Source: Mobula hypostoma (Eukaryota). From it: DNA of 64,000 bases. The stretch spans positions 202,184,001-202,248,000 of the forward strand of contig NC_086097.1 in the NCBI RefSeq assembly GCF_963921235.1. The letters are read 5' to 3'. The first letter of the stretch is position 1. Every line of letters begins with the position of its first letter. The position numbers and the translations under genes were made by a program. Under the pieces are notes generated by a model. It was not told the origin of the DNA and did no database searches. It was given only the letters and a program-made list of their open reading frames with translations. This document shows, piece after piece, positions 1 to 13,320 of this stretch.

Positions 1-497
1 CTTCCATTAGATTTGTTTTCCTGTATTATAGGTTTTGAGATTATAGATTTCTGTTCCTCATCATATGATGAAACTGCTGAACGTAAGAATAACAATACTG
101 TAGAGCTCTCAAAAACAATTCCTCATATACATTCATGGATTGAAAATGTCAAAGAATGACCAGACTGGTGCATAATGACAATGAAGCAGATCTCAGGAAT
201 TTCCTGGTCACTTTTTTTTGCCCTTGATGTGATTATCAGCACAGCCCATCTCTCCAAAAACGTCAATCAACCAGATGATTGTGTTCCCAGTTTGAGATGT
301 GCTGGTGCTTCTGGAAGTGAGAAACGCAATTGAAATAGCTATGCTCCTGAGATCTCTGACATCTCAATTCATTTCTAAATAATCTATAATGAATCAAAAT
401 ATTCAAATCTTAATCCATTTCAATAAACTATTGAGGAAATGTAAGGTATACAAACTTCTGAATGAGACATGAAGTAAGTCCCCTTTTTCTTTTCCAG

Positions 498-527
498 GTG
501 AATTCTAAGAAGTATCCATGGGTATGA
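498..527 (+). CDS. Possible short terminal coding exon (VNSKKYPWV*), gene unknown
   Basis: Strong pyrimidine tract and acceptor ccctttttcttttccag|GTG, then 9 codons to TGA. Short enough to be chance. Confidence 0.15.
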   Translation: MNSKKYPWV

Positions 528-1119
528 AGATTGCAGGAAGATTTCTGTCTCCTTTCCAGCATCCAGAACTCTCACTCAAAACTATTCACAAAAAAAATGA
601 ACTGATCATTTATCTCATTTCCTGTTTGTGGGGTCTTGCTCTCAAATTAATCCTTTCTTTACTTTGGTTTAGAAAAATACAATTCAAATGTAATTAATTA
701 ATTAATAGTTTAGTATTTCAGTATTTCCTGAGGAAGTTTTGAAATTCATTCTTTGAATACTGGGTCCTAAGCTGATGTATTCAGTTTACTTTACTTGGAT
801 GATCCACCATCATTAGGAAGAATACATACATTTTAAATTAAAATTATATTATGCTTAAAATATATCCATGCCATTTTCTTGTCATCTGGGATTTACAAAT
901 CATTTAGTCACTCTTAAGAGGGAAGCTGAAAATGCATATATTATGTATGATTTCCCTTGTTCAAATGTGAAATAAGAGGCTGTTTCATTGTTAAGGAACT
1001 TCAAAAGGTTCCTAGCATCAAGTAGTGTTTGTATCTCAAAGGAGTTTTATTTCCAGATAAAAATATATGAGTTGGGATTAGATAAAAATGTTATTTAGCA
1101 GAATCAAAGCAGTTGCGTG

Positions 1120-1620
1120 TCTGAAAGCATCTGTGTGGATGTATCACAGCTTGGTATGGCAACTGCTTTGCCCAAGTCTGCAAGAAACCGCAGAAAATTG
1201 TGCACACAGCTCAGCACATCACAGAAACAGGCCGGTCCTCCATGGATTCTGTTGACACTTCTCACTACCTCAGTAAAGCAGCCAACATAATCAAAGCTCA
1301 ACCCACCCTGGACAGTCTCTTTTCTCCTACTTCCCATTGGGCAGAAGCTACAAAAGCCTGAACGCATGTATCACCAGGATCAATGACAGGCTTCTAATAT
1401 AGTAAGTTGAATTCTTGACCTCACAAAATACCTCAGTTATGATCTTGCACCATATTACCTGTCCACACTGCACTTTCTCTGCAACAATTTATTCTAAATT
1501 GTTACTTACCTTGTCCAATCTCAATGTACTGTTGTAATGAAATAATCTGTATGCATAGCATGCAAAGCAAAGTTTTTCAAGGTACTTCAGTACATGTAAC
1601 AATAATAAACCAATTTACAA
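1120..1620 (+). mobile_element. Degraded 3' fragment of Rex1/Babar-like (L2-group) LINE
   Basis: atcacagcttggtatggcaactgc translates to ITAWYGNC, a motif shared with the fragments at 11.5 kb and 49.5 kb; tail has aataaa. Confidence 0.6.
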
Positions 1621-3264
1621 ATTTAACAAACAAAAACTGATGTACAGTTATAATAAGACATATTTTGCTGTGGTGGAGCAGTAAAGTGAATATTAGTTAG
1701 ATGATTTTGTACATATAGATTTTTAAATATTTTTGGACAATAAATTGCTTAAAGTGTAAGATGATAATAACACAGTGAGTGAATGAAGACACATATCAGT
1801 GTTATGAGAATTGGAATGAGAAACTGTGCATTTCTTTAACTAGTCATATTGATAATAAATGGTACCAGGATGGAGATAGAAAGATTGAGAGAGATAACAT
1901 GAAATAGTGTAAAAGAGTATTTAATTTTTTTTATATTTTGAAAATCACTACATAAATTATCATATTGCTAATAGCATTTAGATTACAAAACTAAACTTTC
2001 TGATTCATTTAGTTAATTTCCTCTGTGCAAAATCAGCAGCTTTGCAGTCTTAATAAATTTCAGTCATCAGGAACATGTTTTCATAAAGCCATTGACAGGG
2101 AGATGAAACTCAAACAGCTACTTTTGGATGTCTGTGTTTACCCCCATGGGTTGCACATAAGTTTACCAAGGGTGCCGTTACCCCAGCATTACTTTTTACT
2201 TATTTACTTTCAGCAAATTTTGGCCCAATAACTGATTAATAAAACTGAATCCTGCACTGTGTTTGCAGGTTCTAACAGACTGATTTAACTATACATGCTC
2301 CTCAGTCAGCAGGTGTTCACTGGCTCATAAAAACTACTTTGACAAAAGATAATTGAATAAATAATAAGAAAAGCTCAACCTTTGAACTGGAAGACCTTTG
2401 CAAAAATTTCAGTCATTTTATTTAATATGAACTGAAAACACTGCCATCATGTGGTCATAATTAACAATTGAACCTTATACTTTAATTACACAAACATAAG
2501 AAGCATAATTTAAGGATTTTTTTTCCTAGAGAGTTAGTGAGACTCAACACTTCACCAACTTCAAAGCCAATTTAATACAAACACCATGTTATAGAAATAT
2601 TGAGTTATATAACACAGAAACAGGCCCTTCAATCCAAATCATCCATGCTGATGAGAGCAGTCTTCCTTACACAATGTAAGGCACAAATAGTATAAATAAA
2701 AAGTAAATTTTTGTTTACTTGATGGATAAATTAAAACTTACCGATTTCACATAAATTTATTAATTATAACTTCAAGGAAAAAGAAAGAATATTAATGTAT
2801 ATAGCACCTTTGAAAACATCAGGCTGTCTCAATACACAGTTATCTGAGGACAGAATTGTAAATGTGGTAACATTTGTTTGTCTACAGTTAAGATAAACAA
2901 ATAATAATCAGGTAAATAATCAATAAATGTACTTCAGGGATGCCAGTTGCATTATCATCATTGGGCTGAAGAGTAGGCAGATTCTCATTATTCCAAATGA
3001 TCAATTTTTTTAAATACCTGAAAAAATTTGAACACACAACAGTAATCATTTCTGAACATGTATAACATGGAATGCTTACATGGCACAGGCTTGTGAACAA
3101 TAGTTTTATCACCAAGTTTATTATTTTAAAATTAAATAATAAGAGGTATCATCTATTTAACTATAATAGATTAACAAATCAATAAATTCCTTTTCTAAAT
3201 CTCAGTGATTCTTGGTATGGATAAAGTACTAAAATGAGAGACAAGAAATGGTGCTTTTCTTTAG

Positions 3265-3459
3265 ATCAATTTGCGCAAATTAGTGAAGTTCCAGAACAAT
3301 ACAATGATTCAAGAGGCAGGGCATAAAGAAAATTACCACAGCCTAACAGAGCAAACAGTTGATAAAGATAGCAGCAGTTACCGAGAGAAGCACTGCCTAG
3401 ATACATGCCAAGTAGAAGGCAGCAGCAGCTCTTGTGACCTTGGCAGACAGAAGTTGTAA
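3265..3459 (+). CDS. Candidate terminal coding exon of an unidentified host gene (INLRKLVKFQNN...GRQKL*)
   Basis: Acceptor tgcttttctttag|ATC opens 64 stop-free codons in AT-rich, non-repeat sequence; in frame with track ORF 3271..3459. Confidence 0.35.
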   Translation: MNLRKLVKFQNNTMIQEAGHKENYHSLTEQTVDKDSSSYREKHCLDTCQVEGSSSSCDLGRQKL

Positions 3460-3589
3460 ACCACGAAATCAGTTTTGTAACCTTCAGTATTTTCACAAAA
3501 AGACAGCTATATTTACTTCCTTGATTCAATCCAGTTCAAAGACTTTGATTCCAAATTAAGAAATATTGATGCTAGTTTTAATATTACAA

Positions 3590-3845
3590 CTATCGGGGCA
3601 GAAGTACAAGAGCTTGAAGACCCACATTGAATGATTTATTAATAGTTTCTTCTGCTCCCTCATCAGATTTCTGAATAGTCCATGAACACATAAAGACTAA
3701 TTCATTATTCCTTTTGATTTTGCATTGTTCATTTATTTTTGTAATTTATAGTAATTTTATGTTATTGCATTGTACTACCGCCACAAAAACACAAATTTCA
3801 TGTCATATAAGTTAGTGATAATATATTTGATCCTGATACTGCTTC
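3590..3845 (+). mobile_element. Rex-like LINE 3' tail
   Basis: Similar to 11700-11940 (agaagtacaagagcttgaagaccca...aaatttcatg...agtgataat...tctga). Confidence 0.55.
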
Positions 3846-3944
3846 TGAAATAATTAGGAAAGAAGACAAAAGTATGTGCTCTTTTTCAAACTAAGAACAA
3901 CTTATTAATCATCCGAAAATAAATCATTGTGAATATATGATTCC

Positions 3945-5197
3945 TGAATTTTTTGAGGAGATTACACTAAGGATAAAGGGATGCAGTGGATGTTGAATAT
4001 TTGGAGTTTCAGAGGGCCTTTGACAAGTTGCCACACATGCGGCTTCTTACTAAGTTAAGTTATTAAGTTACTAAGTTACAGTTAAGTTACTAACATGGTT
4101 AGAGCATTGGCTGATAGGTAGGAGGCAATGAGTGGGAATAAAAGGATCCTTTTCGGGTTAGTGGCCAGTGACTAGTGGTGCTCCGCAGGGATCAGTATTG
4201 GGACCACTTCTTTTTATGCTGTATATAAATGATTTAGATGATGGAATAGATGGCTTTGTTGCCAAGTTTGCAGATGATATGAAGATTGGTGGAGGGGCAG
4301 GTAGTGTTGAGTAATCAGGTAGGATGCAGAAGGACTTAGACAGATTAGGAGAATGGGCAAGAAAGCGGCAAATGAAATACAATGTTGGAAAATGTATGGT
4401 CATGCACTTTGATAGTAGAAATAAATGTGCAGACTACTTTCTAAACGGGGAGAAAATCCAGGAATCTGAGATGCGGAGGACTTGGGAGTCCTTGTGCACA
4501 ACACCCTGAAGGTTAACTTGCAAGTTGAGTTGGTGGTGAGGAAGGCAAATGCCATGTTAGCATTCATTTCAAGAGGTCTAGAACACAAGAGCGAGATTGT
4601 GATGCTGAGGCTTTATAAGACACTGGTGAGGCCTCACCTTGAGTATTGTGAATAGTTTTGGGCCCCTCATCTTAGAAAAGATGTGCTGGCACTGGAGAGG
4701 GTCCAGAGGAGGTTCACAAGGATGATTCCATGATTGAAAGGATTAGCATATGAGGAACATTTGATGGCTCTGGATCTGTACTCACTGGAATTCAGAAGGA
4801 CAAGGGGGGGATCTCATTGAAACATTTCGCATATTGAAATGCCTAGACGGAGTAGATGTGGAAAGGATGTTTCCCATGGTGGGAGAGTCTAGGGCAAGAG
4901 GGCACAGCCTCGGGATAGAGGGGCGCCCTTTCAAAACAGAGATGCAGAGAAATTTCTTTAGCCAAAGGATGGTGAATTTGTGGAATTTGTTGCCACACGC
5001 AGCTGTGGAGGCCATGTTGTTGGGTGTATTTAAGGCAGAGGTTGATAGGTTCTTGATTGGACATGGCATCAAAAGTTATGGGGAGAAGGCTGGGAGCTGG
5101 GATTGAGGATAAGATAGTAAAAAAGGATCAGCCATGATCGAATGGCAGAGCAGACTTGATGGACCTGATGGTCTAATTCTGCTCCTATGGTCTTATA
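3945..5197 (+). mobile_element. CR1 LINE, 5'-truncated, RT C-terminal half with stops/frameshifts
   Basis: Translated motifs [24 protein letters not shown] and RGHSL...FFSQRMVNLWN; 3' end tctgctcctatggtcttat. Confidence 0.92.
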
Positions 5198-5486
5198 ACC
5201 CCTAGTTCAGTTTTAAAACAGTTCCAATTGGAATAGTAATTGGGAAAAGAACATAACTGTAAATAAAGAAAATTCAGAATCATCGGACAATGTAGCACAG
5301 AAACAGGCCTTTCATAGCTGCCAGCCATTATGCCCATCTGCACTAATCCCATTTGCCTGCACTTGGCCCATATTTCTCTATGCCTTTCCTATCAAAGCAC
5401 TTGTTCTTGACCTTGACTCACAATCTAGTTTATGCCATTGCACATTGTTGTCTGTCTGCACTGCACTTTTTCTCTAACTGTAATAC

Positions 5487-6116
5487 TGTTTCAAACGCTT
5501 GGTTTCCCCGGCTGACAAACTCCGGCCCCACCAAATGTGTGAGATTGAGGTGTGAGCCCACCTGAAACCCCGTTTACATGGATGCTGTGTCATTTGCTAC
5601 CCTGCTACAAATTAATGCCATGAAATAACTGACTGTACACGGCATACAATTAAAGGAATTTTATTTATGAATCTTAACTGAAGGGTTAGTAAAGAATAAC
5701 TAAAAAGAAAAGGGCCCATTCTAATCAAACAGTTAAATGTGCACAAGTTGGAGTTCATCTTGAACTTCTCTGTCACTCACGCGCTGGACCCTCAGTCAAC
5801 GTGAAAGCACACACATCACCTTCTGAACGTCGCTCGCAATCCATCTTGAACAAACGGGTGTTCCACCGGATTGTATGCTACAACCGATTCTCCTCAGCGT
5901 CTTCTCTTTTCATCTCCTCTCGAACAAAAGTCCAAGAACAACCTTATTGTCCCTTGCCAAGAAAAACCTCCCACTAATTGGATGGCACACATTCTACATC
6001 ATCCCTTATCTTTAACAATAACCCAAACAGGCTGAAAGCAGAACAAACAGCTCTTACAGAGTTACTAAATGAAATACCTACAGCATGACAGTAAAGATGT
6101 GAACCAGGGCATTACC
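5487..6116 (-). mobile_element. Probable solo LTR inserted in a LINE-tail repeat
   Basis: Minus strand runs from (g)gtaatgccctgg to tttgaaaca with an internal AATAAA. The flanks (5400-5486, 6117-6225) resemble the two halves of the tail seen at 1410-1610. No TSD found. Confidence 0.45.
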
Positions 6117-6596
6117 CTTGTACCATTTCAATAGACTACTGTGATGAAATTATCTTTGTGTATGGTATGCATAATGATATTTTTTCACTATACTTCAGTA
6201 CATAGGACAATAATAAACCAGTTTACAAATTCTTTGGAATTTACAACTTACTTCATGTGTAATCAAGCTCTTTTATTGAATTTTAAATGCAGTTTGTTTT
6301 GACAAAAGTTTTCTATAGCTTCTCTTGTTTAGTTGTTAACATTAATCTGTTCCACCTTTCCCAGGAGCTTAACTGCAACTGGATGACAGATTTAAAATAC
6401 TTAATAGTGTTACTGTGCAATTAATTCTATAAATACAAACAAGACCAACTCAAGCACACAAGATATAGAAGCAGCAATAGGCTAATCAGCCACAATACTG
6501 CTCTAACGTTCACTAGGTTCATGGCTAACCTTGCAGGTCAGCAACAAGCAGAGAGCAAAAGCATTCTTTCAGCAACATTTGAAATAATCAGCAGCA

Positions 6597-7760
6597 ACAC
6601 ACAAAGGTGCGGAGGAATTCAAAAGCAGCATCTAGGGAGGGATATGGCTGGTCAATATTTTGGTTTGAGAGCCATTATGACTGGAAAGAAGGAAGATAGC
6701 CAGTATAAAAAGGTAGAGGGAAGAGTGGGGCATGGGTTGGCAGGAAATAGGTGAATCTAGATGAGGGGGTGATAGGCAGGTGGAGGAAAGAGGAATGATG
6801 CAAGAAGCTGGGAGGTGATAGGTGGAAATGACCATAAGACATAGGAAAAGAATTAGGCCATTCAGCCCATTGAGTCCGCTCCAACATTCCATCATGGCTG
6901 ATCCTGGATCCCATTCAACCCCATATACACCATATCCTTTGATGCCCTGACCAATCAGGAAACGATCAACTTCCACCTTAAATATGCACATGGACTTGGC
7001 CTCCACCACAGTCCATAGATTTACTAATCTCTGGCTAAAAAAATTCCTCCTTACCTCTGTTCTAAAAGGTCGCCCCTCAATTTTGAGGCTGCGCCCTCTA
7101 GTTCTGGATACCCTCCCCCCGTAGAAAATAATCCTCTCCGCATCCACCCTATCTAGTCATTTCAACATTCAGGTATTAATGAAATCCCCTCCCCCCGCAT
7201 TCTTCTAAATTGCAGTGAGTACAGGCCCAAAGCGAACAAACGCTCCTTATATGTTAACTCATTCATTCCTGGTATCATCCTCATGAACCTCCTCTAGACT
7301 CTCTTCAATGACAATACATGCTTTCTGATGACAAAAGGCTGAAGAAGACAAAATCTGATGGAGCATGGAATAAAGGAAGGAAGATGGAGAAAAGAACCAG
7401 TGAAAGGAGAGTGTATGTGATGGGAAGATGGAAGGGGTTAGGGGAGGAAAACAATAAGACAGGAGAAGACAGAAAAGAAAAAAAAACACATGGGGGGGGG
7501 AATGAACTGACAGCGAGAAGTCGTTACTGGAAGTTTGAGAATTCAATGCTCATGTCATCAGGTTGGATACTGTCCGGGCAGAAAATGAGTTGCTGTAACT
7601 CTAATTTGTATTTAGCCCCTCAACCGGGCAGTTGAGGAGGCAATGGACAGACATGTAAGTATAGCAGTGACTAGTGGAATTAAAATGTCTGCCTGACCAC
7701 TGGGAGCTCCCTAGTGACACATCAGACAGAACGAAGGCACTTGATAAAGTGGTCCCTAAA
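6597..7760 (-). mobile_element. Penelope-like element 3' portion, interrupted by a CR1 piece
   Basis: Tail acacaaa..tgc.ggaggaa..gcagcatcta, purine-rich body and GIY-YIG C-terminal remnant (ggaagtttgagaattcaatgctcatg) match the other Penelope copies. Confidence 0.7.
6833..7327 (-). mobile_element. CR1 3' fragment nested in the Penelope-like element
   Basis: ORF 6632..7147 contains SRTRGRSLKIEGRPFRTEVRRNFFSQRLVNLW; cataaga-type tail; 5-bp direct repeat ATGAC at 6828-6832 and 7328-7332. Confidence 0.88.
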
Positions 7761-10249
7761 TCAACATTTGAAGTATTAGTATTAGTATCAAGCAATGAGA
7801 TGGACTTTGCTGCAGTATGTTTCTAAATATTTGAAATGTGATCTCTAGTAATTGCCCTGTTAGCAGTGAGGATGGAAAAACTTGGCTTAGAGATTGATCA
7901 TTAGCAAATAGACTTGTTTCCAGTTTCAGGCGGCTCTTTATCATCCATAACTATCTTGGAAATAAGTACAGTATGAGGTTTCTCAACCTATAGCTGCTTC
8001 TGGATCTTCCAAGTCCATCCCAGACTGAGTAAGGGCCTCCCAACTCCATCCTCTTATCATCTGCTCCCTTGAACCTGGCTGACTTCTGGTTCCCTCCTTG
8101 ATCATCTGCCGATCAACTTTCCTTATCCTCTCTAAGCTGCCCAAGTACTTTCCAGTCCTCCCTATCACCCTCTTACCACTCCCAATTTCTAAGATGTGCA
8201 ATTACTGAGATAAAGTCCATGTTATTCAGAGATTATGCCACATTGTTCTTGTTCTTGCCACATTGGCTGAATAGACACTGTAGCAGCAAAAAATTGATCC
8301 AAAATCAAAACAAAACAATTGCCACCAGCCTGCGACCTCAGACGGAGTTGTTATACTCATGTAATGTAACCACAGCTCCAATAATTGCTCCAAAGAGTTG
8401 AATACATTTTTGATTCTTTATTAGCAACTAGCAAACATACAATTAAACATTATTGAGTGGTTTCTCAGTTGTCAGCAAAGATATGACCTCCGCCAGCCCT
8501 AAGCTACAATCTGCCATGAAACAAGCATGAATATGTAAGTTATTCCTTTCACTTCTACCATGACCCACTCATGTGACGAGTTACCATTATAAACATAATA
8601 AACGCCCAATATAGTATACATGGCGCCTACAGGCACACTCAATCAACCCACCCAGTTTTATCTTGACTTAAACAAACACAAATTTGGATAACAACTAAAA
8701 CTTCAGAATCTGAAATAAGTTCCCTCAGTAGTGATAAAGAGTTCCTGACCTGAAACATTAATTAGTTTCTCTTTCCACATGTTGTTTGACTGGCTGTATT
8801 TTTAAAGTATTATTTTTGTGTCACAAATTTGGACAAACTACCTAAATGACAAAGGATGTTTACTCCCTGTCTAATTTCTATCCAGCTGATGAAATAGTAC
8901 TCTGTCACCAAACTGAAGTTGCATTTGAAGAAGCCAGTCCATTTACAGCAATCAAAGTCTTGCCTTTGAATAGGAGCTATTGTCCTATTGAGGCTAATTG
9001 CCTTTATTAGGAAAACAAATCTTCATCTTAGAGTCAGTAATAGAAAGTAATTCTCTGTTTGGCTTAGGAAATGATCAGGTTGCCAAAGAATTTTTCTCTT
9101 TTTTCCAAGAGGTGATATTTATTACTAGCTTACTGATTATACTAAATCTTTCATATTATTCCAGTTCCTCATCATGCTACCCCACACGTGAATTTCCTCA
9201 CCCCTGCACTCCTCCCATCCATCCCATGACCCACCCTTGTAATTGGAATATAGAACATTAATATAAATTGGCGTGAATTATTGTCAGTGAGAGGTCTTCA
9301 GATGAGAAATTAAGACTTCTGTGGTTCAAGGATTTGACAACTGATGTACTGTATACGAGTCAGAGACAATTAGATTGGAAAGGGATGCCTAATATTTGTT
9401 AATATATCATCTTCTTTTCCTCCAGGATATTTTTGCTTTTTCTAGACTGTCTTCATTCACATTGTCAGGCAGGGTTTGGTATTCCCAGTTCACTGGTTGC
9501 ATCCTGCAGTAAATATCACAATCAGGAAGAATAAACTAAACCATTAAAATATTAAATACAATTAACCTCATCACCCTCATTTCTGAGGACACAACATAAA
9601 ACATGTTAACATTTACTTTTGTCTATTTTGTGCATTCACCAAAAGACAATTTCACCTCCACTGTCCCAAAATGCAGCATTTATGCACATTTATTTCGAAA
9701 TAATGTTCACTGCCCCTCCAGACTATTTTCTCTCCTCAAACAGCATCACTTTTGACTGGCAATAATCAACACCATAGTAGATTTGTTGGATCATCAAGGC
9801 AATGAACAAGATATTAAACGCTGGGGAATCTTTTCAAATGTTGTTAGTTTTCCTAAGTAGATTAATATTTAAACACTTTGTCATACAATGTATAAAAAAA
9901 TTATGTTGTGTGTCGCCAATGAAGATTTTTGAAGTCTTTTGTATTTGAAGGGCTTTTTTTTTGCAAAATAACTTTCTATCTTTTCAATAATGCCAACTTT
10001 TATCAACTTAGTAAATATACAGTTCAATTACACTGCAAATGTGGAAAGGTTTTATCACTTTAAAAGATCATTAAACCATTAATAATGCCAATGAAGGTGT
10101 CAGTTGGAACACTTTCACTTCTTACCAGAAGCCTCAGGACTGAAGTCCATAACTGAGGACATGTTTTGTGCTGGCATCAAGTTAGAATGTTTACTCTGTT
10201 TATCTTTCTCTACAATGAATATCTAACCTGAATATCTAAAGCATTTGCT

Positions 10250-10720
10250 GTTTTTTCTGTTTGTTTGTCAATTAGTTTTTGGCATTTTCTACTTACTGGT
10301 AGAGGTGGTGGTAAAGATGATCAAGTTGTCTTGCTGTGGTATAGAAGCAATGATATTCATGGCAAGTATGAGTAGTTCTTTGATTTACTTCTCCAGTAGG
10401 TGCCTTCCGCTTTTCTGTGCTTCAAATGTTTGCCTCCATTCTTGGGTCTGAATGAGGAAGACCCCTTGGATATTGCAATATTGATGACCTTAACAGCACT
10501 GAAAAACCCAGGCACGTGAAGGTTAGCTGCAAATTGCTGTACCTCATCACCATCTCTTCTTTATATCACAGATTCTCTTTTGGACCTTAGATTTCAGGCA
10601 TCGATGGAGCTGTTTCTTTTTATTTGAGACATAGTGGATTTTCCAATCCAAGAGGGCCTTGCTCCTTTTGATTGGTTAGATCTAGTTCTTGTGCGCACTC
10701 TGTGTTTCCATTTGGCTGAG
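10250..10720 (-). mobile_element. Ancient degraded RTE-like LINE ORF fragment
   Basis: Manual minus-strand translation gives KKQLHRCLKSKVQKRICDIK..W..EVQQFAANLHVPGFFSAVK, resembling the RTE EN-RT linker; many stops and frameshifts. Confidence 0.35.
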
Positions 10721-10816
10721 ACTTACCTGGTTATCTGTAAAGCATGTTTAAAAACAGCTCTCTTTGTGGGATCCCTGAGATCTTACTGCTGATCTCCTAT
10801 TGATATTGTTTCTGTT

Positions 10817-10850
10817 GTCCTGATGAAGGGACTCAGCCTGAAATGTCGAC
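10817..10850 (+). ncRNA. Minimal type I hammerhead ribozyme motif (Penelope tail)
   Basis: gtc-CTGATGA-a-ggg-actcag-cct-GAAA-tGTC-gac; core boxes intact, stem I gtc/gac. Confidence 0.65.
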
Positions 10851-10918
10851 TCATTATTCCTTTCCATAGATATGCTGGAGGAACTCTGCAGGCCAGGTAG
10901 CATCTATGGAAAAGAGTA

Positions 10919-10955
10919 CAGTCGAAGTTTCGGGCCAAGACCCTTCATCAGGACT
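10919..10955 (-). ncRNA. Minimal type I hammerhead ribozyme motif (Penelope tail), inverted partner of the 10817 copy
   Basis: Minus strand: agtc-CTGATGA-a-ggg-tcttgg-ccc-GAAA-cTTC-gact. Confidence 0.65.
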
Positions 10956-11049
10956 CTTATAGTTTAAATGGCAGTACCTGGATTGGTATGTTGTCAGGAG
11001 GTCTTGCGCTTGCCTTTCTGATGAACCGGGATGTTAGTTATGGCAAATA

Positions 11050-11222
11050 AAAACAGAAAATGCTGGAATGGATCTTCATGTTAGGTAGCATCTGATGTCA
11101 GCAAATAAAAATCAAAAAACCTGCAAATGCTAGCTGGCTGCAATTGAAAGGGAAACTGCTGGAAATATTCACCACATTAGACAGGCTCTGTGGAAAGAGA
11201 AACAGAGTTGACATTTCAGGTT
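11050..11222 (-). repeat. Degraded Penelope-type tail fragments
   Basis: aaaatgctgga...agcatctg and tctgtggaaagagaaacagagttgacatttcagg motifs. Confidence 0.45.
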
Positions 11223-11364
11223 GGTGTCCTGATTCTCCTGAGTAAATTTACTGCTCCGGAAGGTGCAGCCCTCTGGAATGGCTTGGTTGGGAAAATATCT
11301 TTGACAGGAACCAGTGTGCTTCCAACATGGATGTGAAGTGGGGTTTTATTCATGAAGGCAGCAG

Positions 11365-11940
11365 AAGATTTCCTGAGTGTCAACATCCAGAAGAATCTCT
11401 CCTGACCCAACACACTGTTGCAATCATGAAGAAGGCACACCAGCCGCTCTACTTCAGTAGGAGTTTGAGGAGATTTGGTATGTCATCTAAAACACTTGCA
11501 AACTTCTATAGATGTATGGTGAAGATCATTCTGATTGGTTGCATCACCGCCTGGTATGGAGGTTCCAATGCATCACAAGAGTCTGCAGAGTGTTGTAGCA
11601 TGGGCATAAACGTCCCCACCATTGAGGACATCTTCAGGAGATAGTCCCTTAAGTCAGCATCCATTAAAAACACTTATCATCCATGCCCTCTTCTCATCAC
11701 AACCATCAGACAGGAGGTACAGGAGCTGGAAAACCCATACTCAATGTTTCACAAACAGCTTCTTCCCCTCCATTTTCATATTTTTTAATGTCCATGAATC
11801 CATGAACACTAGCTTATTTTTTCACCATTTATTTATTTTGCAGTCTATAATGATTTTTTGTCTATGCCCTGTGCTGCTGCTGAAGAGTAACAAATTTCAT
11901 GCTATTTAAGTCAGTGATAATAAATCCGATTCTGATTCTA
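11365..11940 (+). mobile_element. Rex1/Babar-like LINE 3' fragment
   Basis: KKAHQPLYFSRSLRRFGMSSKTLANFYRC...CITAWYG; RRYRS..THT...NSFFP; tail aataaatccgattctgattct. Confidence 0.85.
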
Positions 11941-12714
11941 GCCACATTCAGGATTGGAACCAATGCAAATGTAATGTAGATACTGGAATGTGTGATGAAC
12001 CCTTGCAGCCTGCCCCAGTACATCCTTAGGTTGTAGTAGTTGTTAACACAAAGGACACATTTCACTGTATGTTTTGATGTACTTGCAATAAATGAAAGAA
12101 TCTGAATGTGAATGTGCATCTGGAAAACCTTTGAAGGCTAATTCTGCATTAGAGTAAGCCAGAGGGTGATGAGAGTTTCACGACTAACTCACTGATTAGG
12201 GCTCCTCAAATGAAGATGGCTTTTATATTCCAATTTTTCCTTCTCGTAGAAAGTGGACCCACCACCTCCTTTGATCTGCCTATCTCCACTCATCACTTCT
12301 TATTAAGGCAGTGATAGCCATGTCAAAGTATCTGAGTTCCCAAGCTAAGATTGTAGTGTGACTAATGTTCAGATTTGTTGTTGTCCCAGTGCATGACAGC
12401 CCTGACAAGAAGGTCCTGATTCTTCATATTGAGAGGTTTGATCAGTACTACCCAGACATGATAGAATGCGTCTTGGCCCAGTGGCACGGGGTTCTAAAAT
12501 AACTGGGGCCTCTCTCTTGTCATGTATGTGGGCACAAGCACACGCAGATCTGTGCATGGGCTTCAGTACAGATGCCCTTGTTCACTGCTTCCACTCTCCA
12601 TCTTTCTGTGACCACCCTCCATTCACCACCTCAGCATCACCCTGCCACCTAACTTCCCCTGACCCTCTGACTCCAGCCCCACAGTCCCTCCTTCTCTTGC
12701 ACCCCGCTGGTATT

Positions 12715-12735
12715 GGTGGTGGTGGTGGTGGTGGT
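12715..12735 (+). repeat. (GGT)7 microsatellite within a pyrimidine-rich Penelope-like remnant
   Basis: Seen directly. Confidence 0.9.
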
Positions 12736-13320
12736 GGAGGGAGAACCCCCCCCCCCATTCTGTTGGCTCTTCCTCTCTGCACTCTCTCTCCCCAACCTCC
12801 ACTCTACATCTTGTACATTCTGCAAGCCTGAGAAAGTTGACCGGATAAGACCAGAAAGACCAGACAGATTCAATAAATACTCAATGTCAAAGAATGAATA
12901 TGTACCTACCATCTGAAGTTTAGCTTTCTCAGGCAATTGAGGCTCAGATGATTGAAGTTAACACTACTACAAAGACCATAATTGATCCTGGAAATAGTAT
13001 ATGTACTCCTGATAAAAGTACCATCAACAGGCAAGACCTTGTTATAGTTGGGACCATAAGTAACTAGATATTTTTGCCCAGAAATAATGGTCAGCAATAA
13101 AGGCACTCTTCACTGACCTCAATGACCCCTCAATGATGTAGTAACCTTTGTGGTGCCAACTTCTCTTTCAGCCTGCTCTGCTCAATTTCAGTGAATATTT
13201 TGTTGTTGAGCAGCTTTGGTGTCTTCAAATTAACCAAAATGACAATCACGTTAAAGAATTATTGCAGAGCCCATACCAGGAAACAAAAAAAAAGTTTTAA
13301 ATGAACATTTGAAATATGTT

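Noticed and set aside
2888..2911. Micro-exon between tctacag and gtaaat
   Set aside because: Stop codons in all three frames.
12466..12936. Poly-G/P/T/V ORFs
   Set aside because: Produced by the (GGT)7 microsatellite and low-complexity TE sequence.
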